Below are positions 27,809 through 37,226 of a DNA stretch of 64,000 bases, piece by piece (positions within the stretch are counted from its first letter, which is position 1; each line of letters opens with the position of its first letter). The stretch covers positions 186,001 to 250,000 of the IMG/VR virus record IMGVR_UViG_3300027759_006101. One strand, written 5' to 3'. The notes under the pieces were generated by a model. It ran no database searches. It was not told the origin of the DNA and was given only the letters and a program-made list of their open reading frames with translations. The position numbers and the translations under genes were made by a program.

Positions 27809-27890
27809 GACTGTTTTATACAGGCTGAAGTTTGCAATTTGGTCAGCTTATGATATTATCGTTATATCGAATCCGAAGGTTTATTACTAA

Positions 27891-28973
27891 ATGACTACAC
27901 AAGTGAATAATATGGACACTGACTTTAGGCCAAAAACATTTGATCAAGTTATTGGTCAAGAAGAAATTAAAGAGAATCTTAGACTTAAAATTACTGCTTT
28001 CAAGAAGACACAAAAAAGCGTTGTTCATATGCTTTTCCTTGGATTTTCTGGTGCGGGAAAGACAACTCTTGCAAATGTAGTGGCAAATGAAATGGGTGTT
28101 ACTTTTCATCAAGTTATGGCTACCAGAATTAAAAACTGGAATGATTTTTACGCAATTCTTCGCAACGTAGAAGAAAACGATGTCCTGTTTATTGATGAAA
28201 TTCACGCATTGTCTAGTGATGTGCAAGAAAATCTTTACGGTGTAATGGAAGATTTTAAATGTACTATCGAAGACAAGAATCTCCAGCGCCAAAGAATTAT
28301 CAATCTACCAAAGTTCACTCTTATTGGTGCAACTACGCACACTGGCGACTTAAAGACCGCCTTGCTGTCACGTTTTCAATATAAAGGACAGCTTGTTCCT
28401 TACACTGTTGACGAGCTTACAAATATGGCAATAACTGCTGGAGAAAGAGTTTACAATCTTGACATTCCTGAAGATATTGCTCGTAGAATCGCCCAGCTTT
28501 CACGTAAAACTGCCAGAATCTGCTACACTCTTCTTCGCCACTTTGTAGATATCGCTGAGGCATCTACTCCTGGTAGAGTTACTAGAGATATGCTTACCAA
28601 AACATTATTGTATAAAATGCTTAGACTGCACCAAATAGACCCTATTGTAGGTCTTGACTATGCAAGCCGAAATTACATTACAAAAATGTTACGTGAGAGT
28701 CGGCCTTTAGGTAGTCGCTCCATCGCAAATATGTGTCAGGAACAAGAAAGTACCGTCATATCAATGATTGAACCATTTCTTCTTTCTGATATAACTCTTG
28801 AATACATAAACCCATCAAATGGACAAACTGTTGTTATAATTTCACCATTTGTTCGTATAACAAGTAAGGGGAGAATTGCGTTGGAAGCTGCTTACAAATA
28901 CATTAAGCTCTGCCAGTCTCTTCAGAAGCAAGGTTGGTTTAATAATGAAGCCTTGAGTGTCAAACCGGAGTAA
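27891..28973 (+). CDS. ruvB: Holliday junction branch migration ATPase RuvB-like
   Basis: FRPKTF..VIGQ, GFSGAGKTTLA (variant Walker A), VLFIDEIH, LPKFTLIGATT and SRF. Confidence 0.88.
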   Translation: MTTQVNNMDTDFRPKTFDQVIGQEEIKENLRLKITAFKKTQKSVVHMLFLGFSGAGKTTLANVVANEMGVTFHQVMATRIKNWNDFYAILRNVEENDVLFIDEIHALSSDVQENLYGVMEDFKCTIEDKNLQRQRIINLPKFTLIGATTHTGDLKTALLSRFQYKGQLVPYTVDELTNMAITAGERVYNLDIPEDIARRIAQLSRKTARICYTLLRHFVDIAEASTPGRVTRDMLTKTLLYKMLRLHQIDPIVGLDYASRNYITKMLRESRPLGSRSIANMCQEQESTVISMIEPFLLSDITLEYINPSNGQTVVIISPFVRITSKGRIALEAAYKYIKLCQSLQKQGWFNNEALSVKPE

Positions 28974-28975
28974 AT

Positions 28976-30589
28976 ATGCCAGCAAAACAATTATCTTTCA
29001 ATGATGATGCACGACAAGCTATGGGTCGTGGAGTTGATATCGTAAGTAACGCAGTAAAAACCACATTAGGCCCTAAAGGTCGCAATGTAGTCATCCAATC
29101 ACCTTCAGGGCCAATTGTTACTAAAGATGGCGTAACAGTAGCTAAACACGTAGAACTTGAAGACCCTTATGAAGATTTGGGTGCACAATTATGTAAGCAA
29201 GTTTCCAGCAAGACTAATGATGTAGCTGGTGACGGAACTACTACCGCTACGGTTCTTGCGCAAGCTTTAGTTAATGGTGGCCTTAAATATATTTCTTCTG
29301 GTGGCAATCCAATCAGCGTTAAGGTTGGTATGGAATATGCTGCAAATAAAGCAGTTGAAATTATTGAAAGTCTTGCAAAACCTATCGAAAGCAAAGAACA
29401 AATTACATTTGTTGCAACTATCTCAGGCAATGAAGCTGAAGTTGGACAAATTGTTGCTGATGCTATGGAAGCTGTTGGCAAAGATGGTGTCATTACCATT
29501 GAAGAATCTAGAGGTCGAGAAACATGCTTATCACTTGTTGAAGGTATGAAATTTGACAAGGGTTATGTTTCTGCATTCTTTGTAAATAATGCAGAAAAGA
29601 TGCAGTGTCGTCATTCAGAACCATTTATTCTTCTTTATGATGGCAAAATTTCAGACCCAGCAGAAATTCTACCAATTCTCACTAAGGTAAACGAGCAAAA
29701 GAAACCCATCGTAATCGTTGCTGACAATGTTGACGGTCCAGCTCTTCAAATGCTCGTTATCAATGTCCATAAGGGTGCTATGCCTTGGGTTGCTGTAAAG
29801 ACTCCTGGATTTGCTGGACAAAAGAAAGAATATCTTTATGACATTGCTGCTTTAACTGGCGCCGATGTTATTTCCTCAGAGATGGGAACTACTCTTGAAA
29901 ATTGTACTATTGAAAATTTAGGTAAAGCAAAAAGTGTTATCATCAACAAAGAAACTACTACTATTATTGGTGGAGAAGGTGATGACGTTAAGATTGAAGA
30001 TCGTATTTCTCAATTAAAAGTTACTCTTTCACAAGTAGAGAGTGATTATGAAGCTAGAATGCTCAATGAAAGAATTGCAAAGCTTTCGGGTGGTGTTGCA
30101 ATCATTAAGGTCGGCGCCAGTACTGAAGCAGAATTAGTTGAGAAGAAGTATCGATATGAAGATGCTTTGGCTGCTACTCGTGCTGCTGTTGAAGAAGGTA
30201 TCGTTCCTGGTGGTGGTACAACTCTCTTACGTATTTCTCAACAATTAGAAACTATGAATGTTCTCACTGAAGAAGATGAGAAAGTTGGTTTTGAAATTGT
30301 TAGAAAAGCACTTATGGAACCTATCAGACAAATTGCTTTCAACGCTGGTATTAGTCCTGATGTTGTTGTTGATACAGTGTGTTCAAGAGACAACGGAATT
30401 GGACTTAATGCAAGGTCAGGTAAGTATGTTGATATGATACAAGAAGGCATTATCGATCCTGCTAAAGTCACTCGTTCAGCTGTCCAAAATGCAGTATCAA
30501 TTGCTGTTTTAGTATTGACTACAGAAGCCTTAATTGTAGACAAGCCAGTAACAAATGAAAAGGTCTTAATTCAAGAAGGAAGTTTCTAA
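28976..30589 (+). CDS. groL: chaperonin GroEL
   Basis: TLGPKGRNV, TKDGVTVA, AGDGTTTATVLA, GMKFDKGY, GIVPGGG and GIIDPAKV. Confidence 0.97.
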   Translation: MPAKQLSFNDDARQAMGRGVDIVSNAVKTTLGPKGRNVVIQSPSGPIVTKDGVTVAKHVELEDPYEDLGAQLCKQVSSKTNDVAGDGTTTATVLAQALVNGGLKYISSGGNPISVKVGMEYAANKAVEIIESLAKPIESKEQITFVATISGNEAEVGQIVADAMEAVGKDGVITIEESRGRETCLSLVEGMKFDKGYVSAFFVNNAEKMQCRHSEPFILLYDGKISDPAEILPILTKVNEQKKPIVIVADNVDGPALQMLVINVHKGAMPWVAVKTPGFAGQKKEYLYDIAALTGADVISSEMGTTLENCTIENLGKAKSVIINKETTTIIGGEGDDVKIEDRISQLKVTLSQVESDYEARMLNERIAKLSGGVAIIKVGASTEAELVEKKYRYEDALAATRAAVEEGIVPGGGTTLLRISQQLETMNVLTEEDEKVGFEIVRKALMEPIRQIAFNAGISPDVVVDTVCSRDNGIGLNARSGKYVDMIQEGIIDPAKVTRSAVQNAVSIAVLVLTTEALIVDKPVTNEKVLIQEGSF

Positions 30590-30639
30590 TTTTTCATAAT
30601 ATATTTCATACACCAGATTATAAATTAAGTATAATATCT

Positions 30640-30825
30640 ATGAGTGTGTGGAGGGTTATTATGGAGATCAGAAATCTTAGAATCAAGCTTTCAAAAGGGC
30701 AATTATTTACAGTCAGCGCAATACTTCTTGTGCTGACTTCTGTTTCATATCAGCTTTATTTATTGCGCAAGCATAATAAAAAAGAGGAGATGGGAGAAGC
30801 ATATTTTGTTTATCCCGAAAACTAA
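30640..30825 (+). CDS. small membrane protein
   Basis: One hydrophobic segment; coupled to the next gene. Confidence 0.45.
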   Translation: MSVWRVIMEIRNLRIKLSKGQLFTVSAILLVLTSVSYQLYLLRKHNKKEEMGEAYFVYPEN

Positions 30826-31182
30826 ATGACAGAATTTTTATATCATTACAAAATGACAGTAACCAGAGTTGTTGATGGAGATACAATTTATGGTGATGTT
30901 GATCTTGGTTTCAATTTTGGTGCAAGAAAAATGGAGTTTAGACTTGCTGAAATAAACACACCTGAAATCAGAGGTGAAAATAGAACGGCAGGATTAGCTT
31001 CAAAAGAATATGTTGAGAGTAAAATCTTAAATAAAGAAGTTTGTATCTTGACCAAAAAAGATACTAAAGAAAAGTATGGTAGATATTTAGCTTGGGTATA
31101 TTACAAAGAAGCAGAAAATCTTTGGGTTTGTTTAAATCAAAAATTAGTTGAGTTGAATCTAGCTGTGCCATTTATGGTATAG
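30826..31182 (+). CDS. thermonuclease (SNase-like) family protein
   Basis: RVVDGDTI, FRLAEINTPE, EKYGRYLAWVY and LNQKLVE...A. Confidence 0.88.
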   Translation: MTEFLYHYKMTVTRVVDGDTIYGDVDLGFNFGARKMEFRLAEINTPEIRGENRTAGLASKEYVESKILNKEVCILTKKDTKEKYGRYLAWVYYKEAENLWVCLNQKLVELNLAVPFMV

Positions 31183-31189
31183 TGTATGT

Positions 31190-32374
31190 ATGGCATTTTA
31201 TAGGCGATTATTTATTGATTTTAATTCATTCTATGCTAGTGTGGAACAGCAAGATAATGAACAGTATCGTGGGAAGCCTGTAATTGTAGTTCCTGTTGTT
31301 TCTGACTATACGTGTGCAATTGCTGCATCATATCAGGCTAAAAGACTTGGGGTAAAGACTGGAACCCGTGTAAAAACGGCGAAGGAAAAAATCCCAGGTC
31401 TTTTTGTTTGTGGGGCTAGACCTCATCGATATGTAGAAGTGCATAATAAAATAGTTGAAATTTTATATCGTCATTTTGAAAAAGTACAAGTTCTAAGTAT
31501 TGATGAAATGGCTTGTGAAATTGATGAGGACGATGAGTTTGAGTGTGAAATGATAGCAGCCTTATTGAAGCTTGATTTGATGGACGAGTTGGGAGAGCAT
31601 ATGACTTGTTCAATAGGTGTTGCTAGAAATGTATTTTTGTCTAAAGTAGCTGCTGATATGGAAAAGCCTAATGGATTCACTGCCCTGGGCCAAAAAGCCC
31701 AGGAGCAGTTGGAGACTTTAGGCTTGACAGATCTTCCAGGAATAGCAGAAAGAATGGAGGCTCGTCTAAATAAATCTAAAATAAAAACTGTTAATGATTT
31801 ATTTAGTATGGAAGAGTTGAAATTGAAAAAAGCTTGGGGGAGTATAATTGGTGCTCGTTGGTATCATATGATTCGTGGGTCTTTGCAATGTGATTACGGT
31901 TTATCTGGAAATGACATACCTAAATCATTTGGGCATACTCACGTTTTACCCCCTAATAAACGAGATGATTCTGGTGCTTACGAAGTTTTTGAGGCATTAC
32001 TCTATAAAGGCTTAGAAAGGCTAAATAAGAACAGAATTGGGGCTAAAAGAATATCTGTTTATTTATCTTGGCGCAATACTGAAACTAAACGAAGAGGTAC
32101 TTATAAAAAAGTAAGTCCTATTGCTATTGCTTCAATGGATTATACTTATTGGTCTGTCATTGCTAATTCTTTATGGAAAAAGATGCCAGAATTAGATTTG
32201 AGAGCGATTCCTTTAATTGTTGGCATTAGATTTACAAGAACAATCAAACAAGAAGATATAAACTTACAGCTATTTGATTTGGATTTTTTTCCAACATTTG
32301 AAGCTAAAGAATTATATGAAGTTCCTGATAGAATTTCTTTTGGGGATCCTGGAAGACTGTTTGATGATGTATAA
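31190..32374 (+). CDS. dinB: Y-family DNA polymerase (Pol IV/DinB-like)
   Basis: FIDFNSFYASVEQ, CAIAASYQAK..GV, LSIDE, SIGVA.N.FLSKVA.D..KPNG and LPGI. Confidence 0.88.
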   Translation: MAFYRRLFIDFNSFYASVEQQDNEQYRGKPVIVVPVVSDYTCAIAASYQAKRLGVKTGTRVKTAKEKIPGLFVCGARPHRYVEVHNKIVEILYRHFEKVQVLSIDEMACEIDEDDEFECEMIAALLKLDLMDELGEHMTCSIGVARNVFLSKVAADMEKPNGFTALGQKAQEQLETLGLTDLPGIAERMEARLNKSKIKTVNDLFSMEELKLKKAWGSIIGARWYHMIRGSLQCDYGLSGNDIPKSFGHTHVLPPNKRDDSGAYEVFEALLYKGLERLNKNRIGAKRISVYLSWRNTETKRRGTYKKVSPIAIASMDYTYWSVIANSLWKKMPELDLRAIPLIVGIRFTRTIKQEDINLQLFDLDFFPTFEAKELYEVPDRISFGDPGRLFDDV

Positions 32375-32392
32375 GTTGATTGAGGTAATGTT

Positions 32393-32707
32393 ATGAAAAT
32401 TAATGTTGAATTTGACAATTTGACTGAAGCTCAAGCTGTGGCATTAGAAGAATATTTTGCAGTTTGGATGTTTTTAAAAGAAAAACAAATGAGTATGTGG
32501 ACTGCATTTTTTGCTGATACTGCAATTGACTTCAAGCCTGTTGTTAAAGTAAATGGTGAAGATCCCAAGCGATTTATGAAAGACATTGGACTCAGAGTTG
32601 GCAAAGTAAAGTTTGTAACTGACAGTGGTGATATTCAAGACGATATGTATTTGCTTGATTATGAAAGAGTAGAAAAAGCAATAAATGAAGACAGTACAGA
32701 AGGATAA
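32393..32707 (+). CDS. hypothetical protein
   Basis: GAGG RBS, 104 aa. Confidence 0.65.
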   Translation: MKINVEFDNLTEAQAVALEEYFAVWMFLKEKQMSMWTAFFADTAIDFKPVVKVNGEDPKRFMKDIGLRVGKVKFVTDSGDIQDDMYLLDYERVEKAINEDSTEG

Positions 32708-33338
32708 GTACCTTCCAGAGAGTGTCAAAATTAAGATTGGCAAGAATATTTTTGACGCTGATGTAGATGTTCTTATTGCGTCTATGACTCATCAAGTAAT
32801 CCATAAAAATAACAGTCTTTATAATTCTGAAGATTTTGGCTTAGTTTTTGATATAACAAGAGCAGAAGTTACAAGTTTTCTTGAAAGCAATTATGATGAA
32901 GGTGCAGAATATTTTGATTTATTTGAAGATTGGGTAAGTCTTTTTGATGAATATCAAAAGAATAAAAACAAATTGTTCTGCAAAGACTTAATTATAACTT
33001 TCCCGGACAAAACAAAATGGCAAGTTAGGATTTTAGATGTTTTATCTTTAAGAAATAAACTGTCGGGTGATGAAAACTCTGAAGTTGATTTAGGCGATGA
33101 ACTGCTATTGGATGATCAAAAACTTTTAGCTTGGATTGATGAAAATCTCTCTTGGGAAGAATTATCTGAATATGCTGAATTCCTCAAAGAAACAAGACAA
33201 GAAAATACAAGAAAAAAGAATTTTCAGAAAGCAAAAAAAGAAATTAAACAATGGTCTAAGCAATTATCGATATTTGATTTTATCCAAGTTGGTGATATGA
33301 TAATTAGTGAAGATGAAGATGATGACGACGAAGATTGA
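32685..33338 (+). CDS. hypothetical acidic protein
   Basis: Coupled ORF. Confidence 0.65.
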   Translation: MKTVQKDKYLPESVKIKIGKNIFDADVDVLIASMTHQVIHKNNSLYNSEDFGLVFDITRAEVTSFLESNYDEGAEYFDLFEDWVSLFDEYQKNKNKLFCKDLIITFPDKTKWQVRILDVLSLRNKLSGDENSEVDLGDELLLDDQKLLAWIDENLSWEELSEYAEFLKETRQENTRKKNFQKAKKEIKQWSKQLSIFDFIQVGDMIISEDEDDDDED

Positions 33339-33948
33339 CCCTTACAAGATAACTAATTATAACAGGACAGAGGAAGAGCTTCAGCTTTTCCTCTTGTTTT
33401 GCATTGTAGTGGCTGGAAAAACTGCATATATACAAGCAGAGAAACTTGAACAATTTTTAATTTCTGTAAACAAAAGATTGTTAATGCCAGAAAATGTAAA
33501 GCCATTTCAAACAATTAAAAGCGCAGAACAACACGGTATTTTGTTTGAAGAAATTAAATTAGCAAAACTAGGTCAATACAAAAAAATCTTTTCTGGATTC
33601 AAATATATTTCTGAACGTGAATATAACTTGAACAGAATGACACCAAAAATACTAGAAGAAATTCCTGGTGTTGGAATGAAAACAAGTAGATTTTTCCTAT
33701 TGCATTCAGACACATTTTATAAGGACAAAATTGCAATATTAGATACTCATATTTTAAAGTTTATAAAAGAAAACATTGATGATAGAGCGCCTAAATCTAC
33801 TCCTGTAATCCCATTGACCTATAGATACTGGGAAGATATGTTTTTAAATTGGTGTGCAAAGAATAATAAAAATGTTGCAGATTTTGATTTAGAAGTTTGG
33901 AAGAGTTTTGCGAGAACAAAAAAAGAAGTTGTTGCATCTAATAGCTGA
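33307..33948 (+). CDS. HhH-GPD superfamily DNA glycosylase-like protein (Ogg-like)
   Basis: LEEIPGVGMKTSRFFLLH...AILDTHILKFI. Confidence 0.7.
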   Translation: MKMKMMTTKIDPYKITNYNRTEEELQLFLLFCIVVAGKTAYIQAEKLEQFLISVNKRLLMPENVKPFQTIKSAEQHGILFEEIKLAKLGQYKKIFSGFKYISEREYNLNRMTPKILEEIPGVGMKTSRFFLLHSDTFYKDKIAILDTHILKFIKENIDDRAPKSTPVIPLTYRYWEDMFLNWCAKNNKNVADFDLEVWKSFARTKKEVVASNS

Positions 33949-33957
33949 GGGCAAACA

Positions 33958-34527
33958 ATGATAGCTATTGATAAGCGGAAAGAAGAAAAAGTTTTACGTG
34001 ATTTTGAAAAGTTGATATTCAAATTAGCTAACAAACAATATCTTCGCTACAACAAGAAATATCCTTTAGAAGATGTTTTGCAAGAAGCTAAAATAAGTGC
34101 AATAAGAGCCTTTAGGAATTATGATCCTAGCAAAAACACAAAGCTCATTACTCATCTTTACAATTATATCAATTTTTACTTAAGCCACTATTTTAGAAGC
34201 GACACTGGATTGATCAAAATTCCATCAAGAGTTTTAGACAATAAAGAAAAGATTAAGCCAGAAATAGTTCAAAATGATTTTCTTTATGACAATTCCACAG
34301 AAAATCATCCTTTTGAAGATATTAGTTCTTATGAAAATAAAATATTATTAGACAATATGCTTTGTCAATTAAATAAAAAAGAAAAAGAAATTTTGAGCTT
34401 AATTTATTTGCAAGGTTTTACTTACGATGAAGTAGCTATTATGTACAATGTAAGTAGACAGGCAATTAACAACACTGCAAATAAAAGTTTAAAAAAATTA
34501 CGAGAAAAAATGTCTGTGTCAAATTAG
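33958..34527 (+). CDS. sigma-70 family RNA polymerase sigma factor
   Basis: EDVLQEAKISAIRAFRNYDPSKNTKLITH (region 2); LNKKEKEIL..IY.QGFTYDEVA...VSRQAI (region 4). Confidence 0.85.
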   Translation: MIAIDKRKEEKVLRDFEKLIFKLANKQYLRYNKKYPLEDVLQEAKISAIRAFRNYDPSKNTKLITHLYNYINFYLSHYFRSDTGLIKIPSRVLDNKEKIKPEIVQNDFLYDNSTENHPFEDISSYENKILLDNMLCQLNKKEKEILSLIYLQGFTYDEVAIMYNVSRQAINNTANKSLKKLREKMSVSN

Positions 34528-34534
34528 GCTTGAA

Positions 34535-34951
34535 ATGTTAAAAAATAGCTATCTTTATCAATCTTTTATAAATGCATACGGATATGAAGTTCAGGCAAAA
34601 TATTGTTTTGAATCTGAGCTAGTTGAAATTCCAAACACTGAAATGTATTTGGAAGTAGATTCTGGGATGTGGGTAATTTATTCAGAAGATACAGACAGTA
34701 TTGATATGATATTGCACGAAGATTTTATAGTTAATTATAATCCAGTTGACAAAATTGCAACAAATTATTTAGAATTTGTAGTAGATTCAATTAGTTCTGA
34801 TTATTCTCCGGTTACAAGTAATCTTGACGAAGTACTTATAGAAACTGTTGAAGAGTTTGTAGAAAAAGAAATCAGCTTAAGTTTCTTAGAGAGACTTAAG
34901 CTGATTTGGAAGATTATTTTGGGAAAGAAAATTTATATTTCTAAATATTAA
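34535..34951 (+). CDS. hypothetical protein
   Basis: 138-aa ORF ending the operon. Confidence 0.6.
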   Translation: MLKNSYLYQSFINAYGYEVQAKYCFESELVEIPNTEMYLEVDSGMWVIYSEDTDSIDMILHEDFIVNYNPVDKIATNYLEFVVDSISSDYSPVTSNLDEVLIETVEEFVEKEISLSFLERLKLIWKIILGKKIYISKY

Positions 34952-35550
34952 ATTTCGCTTGGTTCTTCTTCCATATCTTCTGGCATTTCTTCATCTTGAG
35001 CACTCATCATTTGGCTTAAGATTTCGTAAGCTGCAGTAATAACATCTTTATCCTTTTGTTTTTCTTCTTCTGGCAATTCAGAATAAGGTACGCCTAAAGG
35101 ACCATCTTTTGCCCAAGAGTTTCTTGACAACCATTGCTCGTGAACTTCAGAAGCAAGACCATCAATATTGCCCATTGCATTATCCATATTTTCAGCTACT
35201 AAACTAATAGCTGATTCTGCTTGAGCTTTATTTTCTGCTTGCCATTTTGGTGGTAAGTCAGTGTAAGATGTATTCAAGATATCAACTTGCCCACCCATAC
35301 CGTCATCTTTCATTCTGGTTGGATTTTCATTACCTTTGGCTGATTCTCCAGCTCTGTAGCCTGATGCCCAATTCTCGTGTAATTTTGAAGCTAACATACT
35401 TACAGCTTTTTCTAAACCACCCGAAAGCATAGACAAACCAATGCCCATAGAGACCTTAACGAATCTTTGTCTCTTCTCAGCTTTTGGAAAAAGTTTTTTT
35501 ACTTCGATGACATTTCCAGCAAATCTAATCATTTTTTTATTCCTTTTCAA
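34948..35550 (-). CDS. RyR-domain-like protein (two repeats)
   Basis: LASKLHENW...SYTDLPPKWQAEN and LASEVHEQW...VPYSELPEEEKQKD. Confidence 0.65.
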   Translation of the reverse strand: MKRNKKMIRFAGNVIEVKKLFPKAEKRQRFVKVSMGIGLSMLSGGLEKAVSMLASKLHENWASGYRAGESAKGNENPTRMKDDGMGGQVDILNTSYTDLPPKWQAENKAQAESAISLVAENMDNAMGNIDGLASEVHEQWLSRNSWAKDGPLGVPYSELPEEEKQKDKDVITAAYEILSQMMSAQDEEMPEDMEEEPSEI

Positions 35551-35843
35551 AAAGATAAATTTTTTATATCTTCAACTCTTAAATTTTTCAAGTCTAAAGA
35601 GCCATATACCAAACCATTTTTTTGCCAAAATTGAGTATTGTGTAAATGCATAAAAACATAATACAAATATCCAGGATCCAAAACATTTAGTGAATCTTCT
35701 TTAACTTTTATTCCTATTTTTTTAGCTATATTTTCAGAATCTTTTGTAGGTTGGCCCAAACTTTTTTCTGAACCTCTTGCGTAAATCCAAAAATCTGCTT
35801 CAGACAAACCATATTTTACAATACAATAATCATCTAATTTCAT
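35547..35843 (-). CDS. small protein resembling a type I R-M specificity (TRD) half-domain
   Basis: ADFWI..RGS...IGIKVK...LDPGYLYYVF. Confidence 0.45.
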   Translation of the reverse strand: MKLDDYCIVKYGLSEADFWIYARGSEKSLGQPTKDSENIAKKIGIKVKEDSLNVLDPGYLYYVFMHLHNTQFWQKNGLVYGSLDLKNLRVEDIKNLSF

Positions 35844-36631
35844 TTCATTCTTTTTTCTAAAACTTCTCTGACTACGCCAGATACATCACCAGAATTGAAT
35901 GGATTGATATTGTTTTTACGTAACAATAATGCAATTTCTGCCATTTTTGCGTCTTGGCTTTTGACTGCTTTTTCATATAGATTATTTCTTGCTTTAACTG
36001 CAAATCTGATATACCTAAGATATTCTCTTTCAGTCATTTCATCTTGATTTGCATCTGGAAGTTTTTGCAAAATCTCAGGTGCTGAAGTGTCTTTGCCAGT
36101 AAATGGATCTCCTGGACCTGTTAAGCCTGGTTCTATCGAATCTGTTACAGACATTAAAGAGCCAACTGTTATAGCTCTAGTCATTTCCTGAACAATCGTA
36201 TCAATATCATTAAAGTATTTGCTGAGATCAGATGTTCTTTCTTCATCCTCTTCGCCCATCAATGCAACTTTTACAAATCTCGGGCTTTCATTGCTTGTAA
36301 CAATTCTAAACCTAGATGTATTAGAAACATTAGATTTTCCGCCAGCTTGTTCTGTATACTTTGTTACATTAGGCTTTTTATCTGGGTTTGGATCTCTTTC
36401 TTTCTTTCTCTTTTGACGAATTCTATTTTTTCTTTGTCTGTCAGATAAATTTTTAGCTTTGTTGGCAGGAGTACATACAGGCTTCTTACCTTTTGAAGTA
36501 TCTCCTCTTCCACAAGGTTCAAATCCCTTACCCTTTTTCTTTGGTCTTGATACATCCACCCACTTTTCTTTCTTAAACCAATCATCAAGTCCGCCGTGAT
36601 TTTTACATTCAACAATTCGCTTAATTTCCAT
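35840..36631 (-). CDS. basic virion-associated protein with cyanophage-type WFK.EKWVD/PCGR module
   Basis: GGLDDWFKKEKWVDVSR...EPCGR...KPVCTPA; internal RFVKVA motif. Confidence 0.65.
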   Translation of the reverse strand: MEIKRIVECKNHGGLDDWFKKEKWVDVSRPKKKGKGFEPCGRGDTSKGKKPVCTPANKAKNLSDRQRKNRIRQKRKKERDPNPDKKPNVTKYTEQAGGKSNVSNTSRFRIVTSNESPRFVKVALMGEEDEERTSDLSKYFNDIDTIVQEMTRAITVGSLMSVTDSIEPGLTGPGDPFTGKDTSAPEILQKLPDANQDEMTEREYLRYIRFAVKARNNLYEKAVKSQDAKMAEIALLLRKNNINPFNSGDVSGVVREVLEKRMK

Positions 36632-36632
36632 T

Positions 36633-37055
36633 TTAATCGTCAGCTCTTTTAATAAATCTTGTTTTCTTACTTGGATTATTATGTAAAGTTTCTAAGTGAT
36701 GTTTTGGAATCATATTCATAACTTCGACATGATTTTTGTCTTCATTATAAAAAATTAAGTGATCGTCATCTACTGCAGCTGGACTGTGCATCATATCGTC
36801 AGAAGTTTCTTCTCTAAAATCACTTATAGTTTCAGTATCTTCCCAATGTCCATCTTTATCCACTTCATAAGAATCAGCGTCAAATTCATCTAGAGCTTGA
36901 TTAAGATTCATAGGAAATTTCACATTATAATCTTTATCAAACTCTGAGGCTTGTTTCATAAAAAGATTATGAACTACGTTTGCTTCAATTATGTTGCCTT
37001 CGTTTTCTAACTTCTCAACTAATGATGATAAAAATCTTAATTTATTCGTATCCAT
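36633..37055 (-). CDS. hypothetical protein with shared helical leader
   Basis: MDTNKLRFLSSLVEKLENEGNIIEANVVHNLFMKQAS. Confidence 0.7.
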   Translation of the reverse strand: MDTNKLRFLSSLVEKLENEGNIIEANVVHNLFMKQASEFDKDYNVKFPMNLNQALDEFDADSYEVDKDGHWEDTETISDFREETSDDMMHSPAAVDDDHLIFYNEDKNHVEVMNMIPKHHLETLHNNPSKKTRFIKRADD

Positions 37056-37222
37056 TATTTGCTCTTATAGATTGCTTTTGATACTTTGATAAAAACTTTA
37101 TGCAATGCTTCAACTTCTTTGGTCATTTCTGGATCTTTTTCAAGTTCAGCAATGACATCGTTGATTGCTTTAAGTGGATTTGATTGTGCTTTTTTATCTT
37201 CAACAATATTTTTTTCTTCCAT
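37055..37222 (-). CDS. 55-aa protein consisting almost entirely of the shared helical leader (not in ORF track)
   Basis: Hand translation MEEKNIVEDKKAQSNPLKAINDVIAELEKDPEMTKEVEALHKVFIKVSKAIYKSK; AGGA RBS; TAATG coupling to the next gene. Confidence 0.75.
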   Translation of the reverse strand: MEEKNIVEDKKAQSNPLKAINDVIAELEKDPEMTKEVEALHKVFIKVSKAIYKSK

Positions 37223-37226
37223 ATAT

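Noticed and set aside
27843-30543. Antisense ORFs 27843..28292, 29167..29559 and 30238..30543
   Set aside because: Shadow frames of ruvB and groL produced by codon bias.
37060-37095. Late-promoter-like AAGT-N16-AAGAGC upstream of 36633..37055
   Set aside because: Falls inside the newly found coding ORF 37055..37222 and matches the motif poorly.
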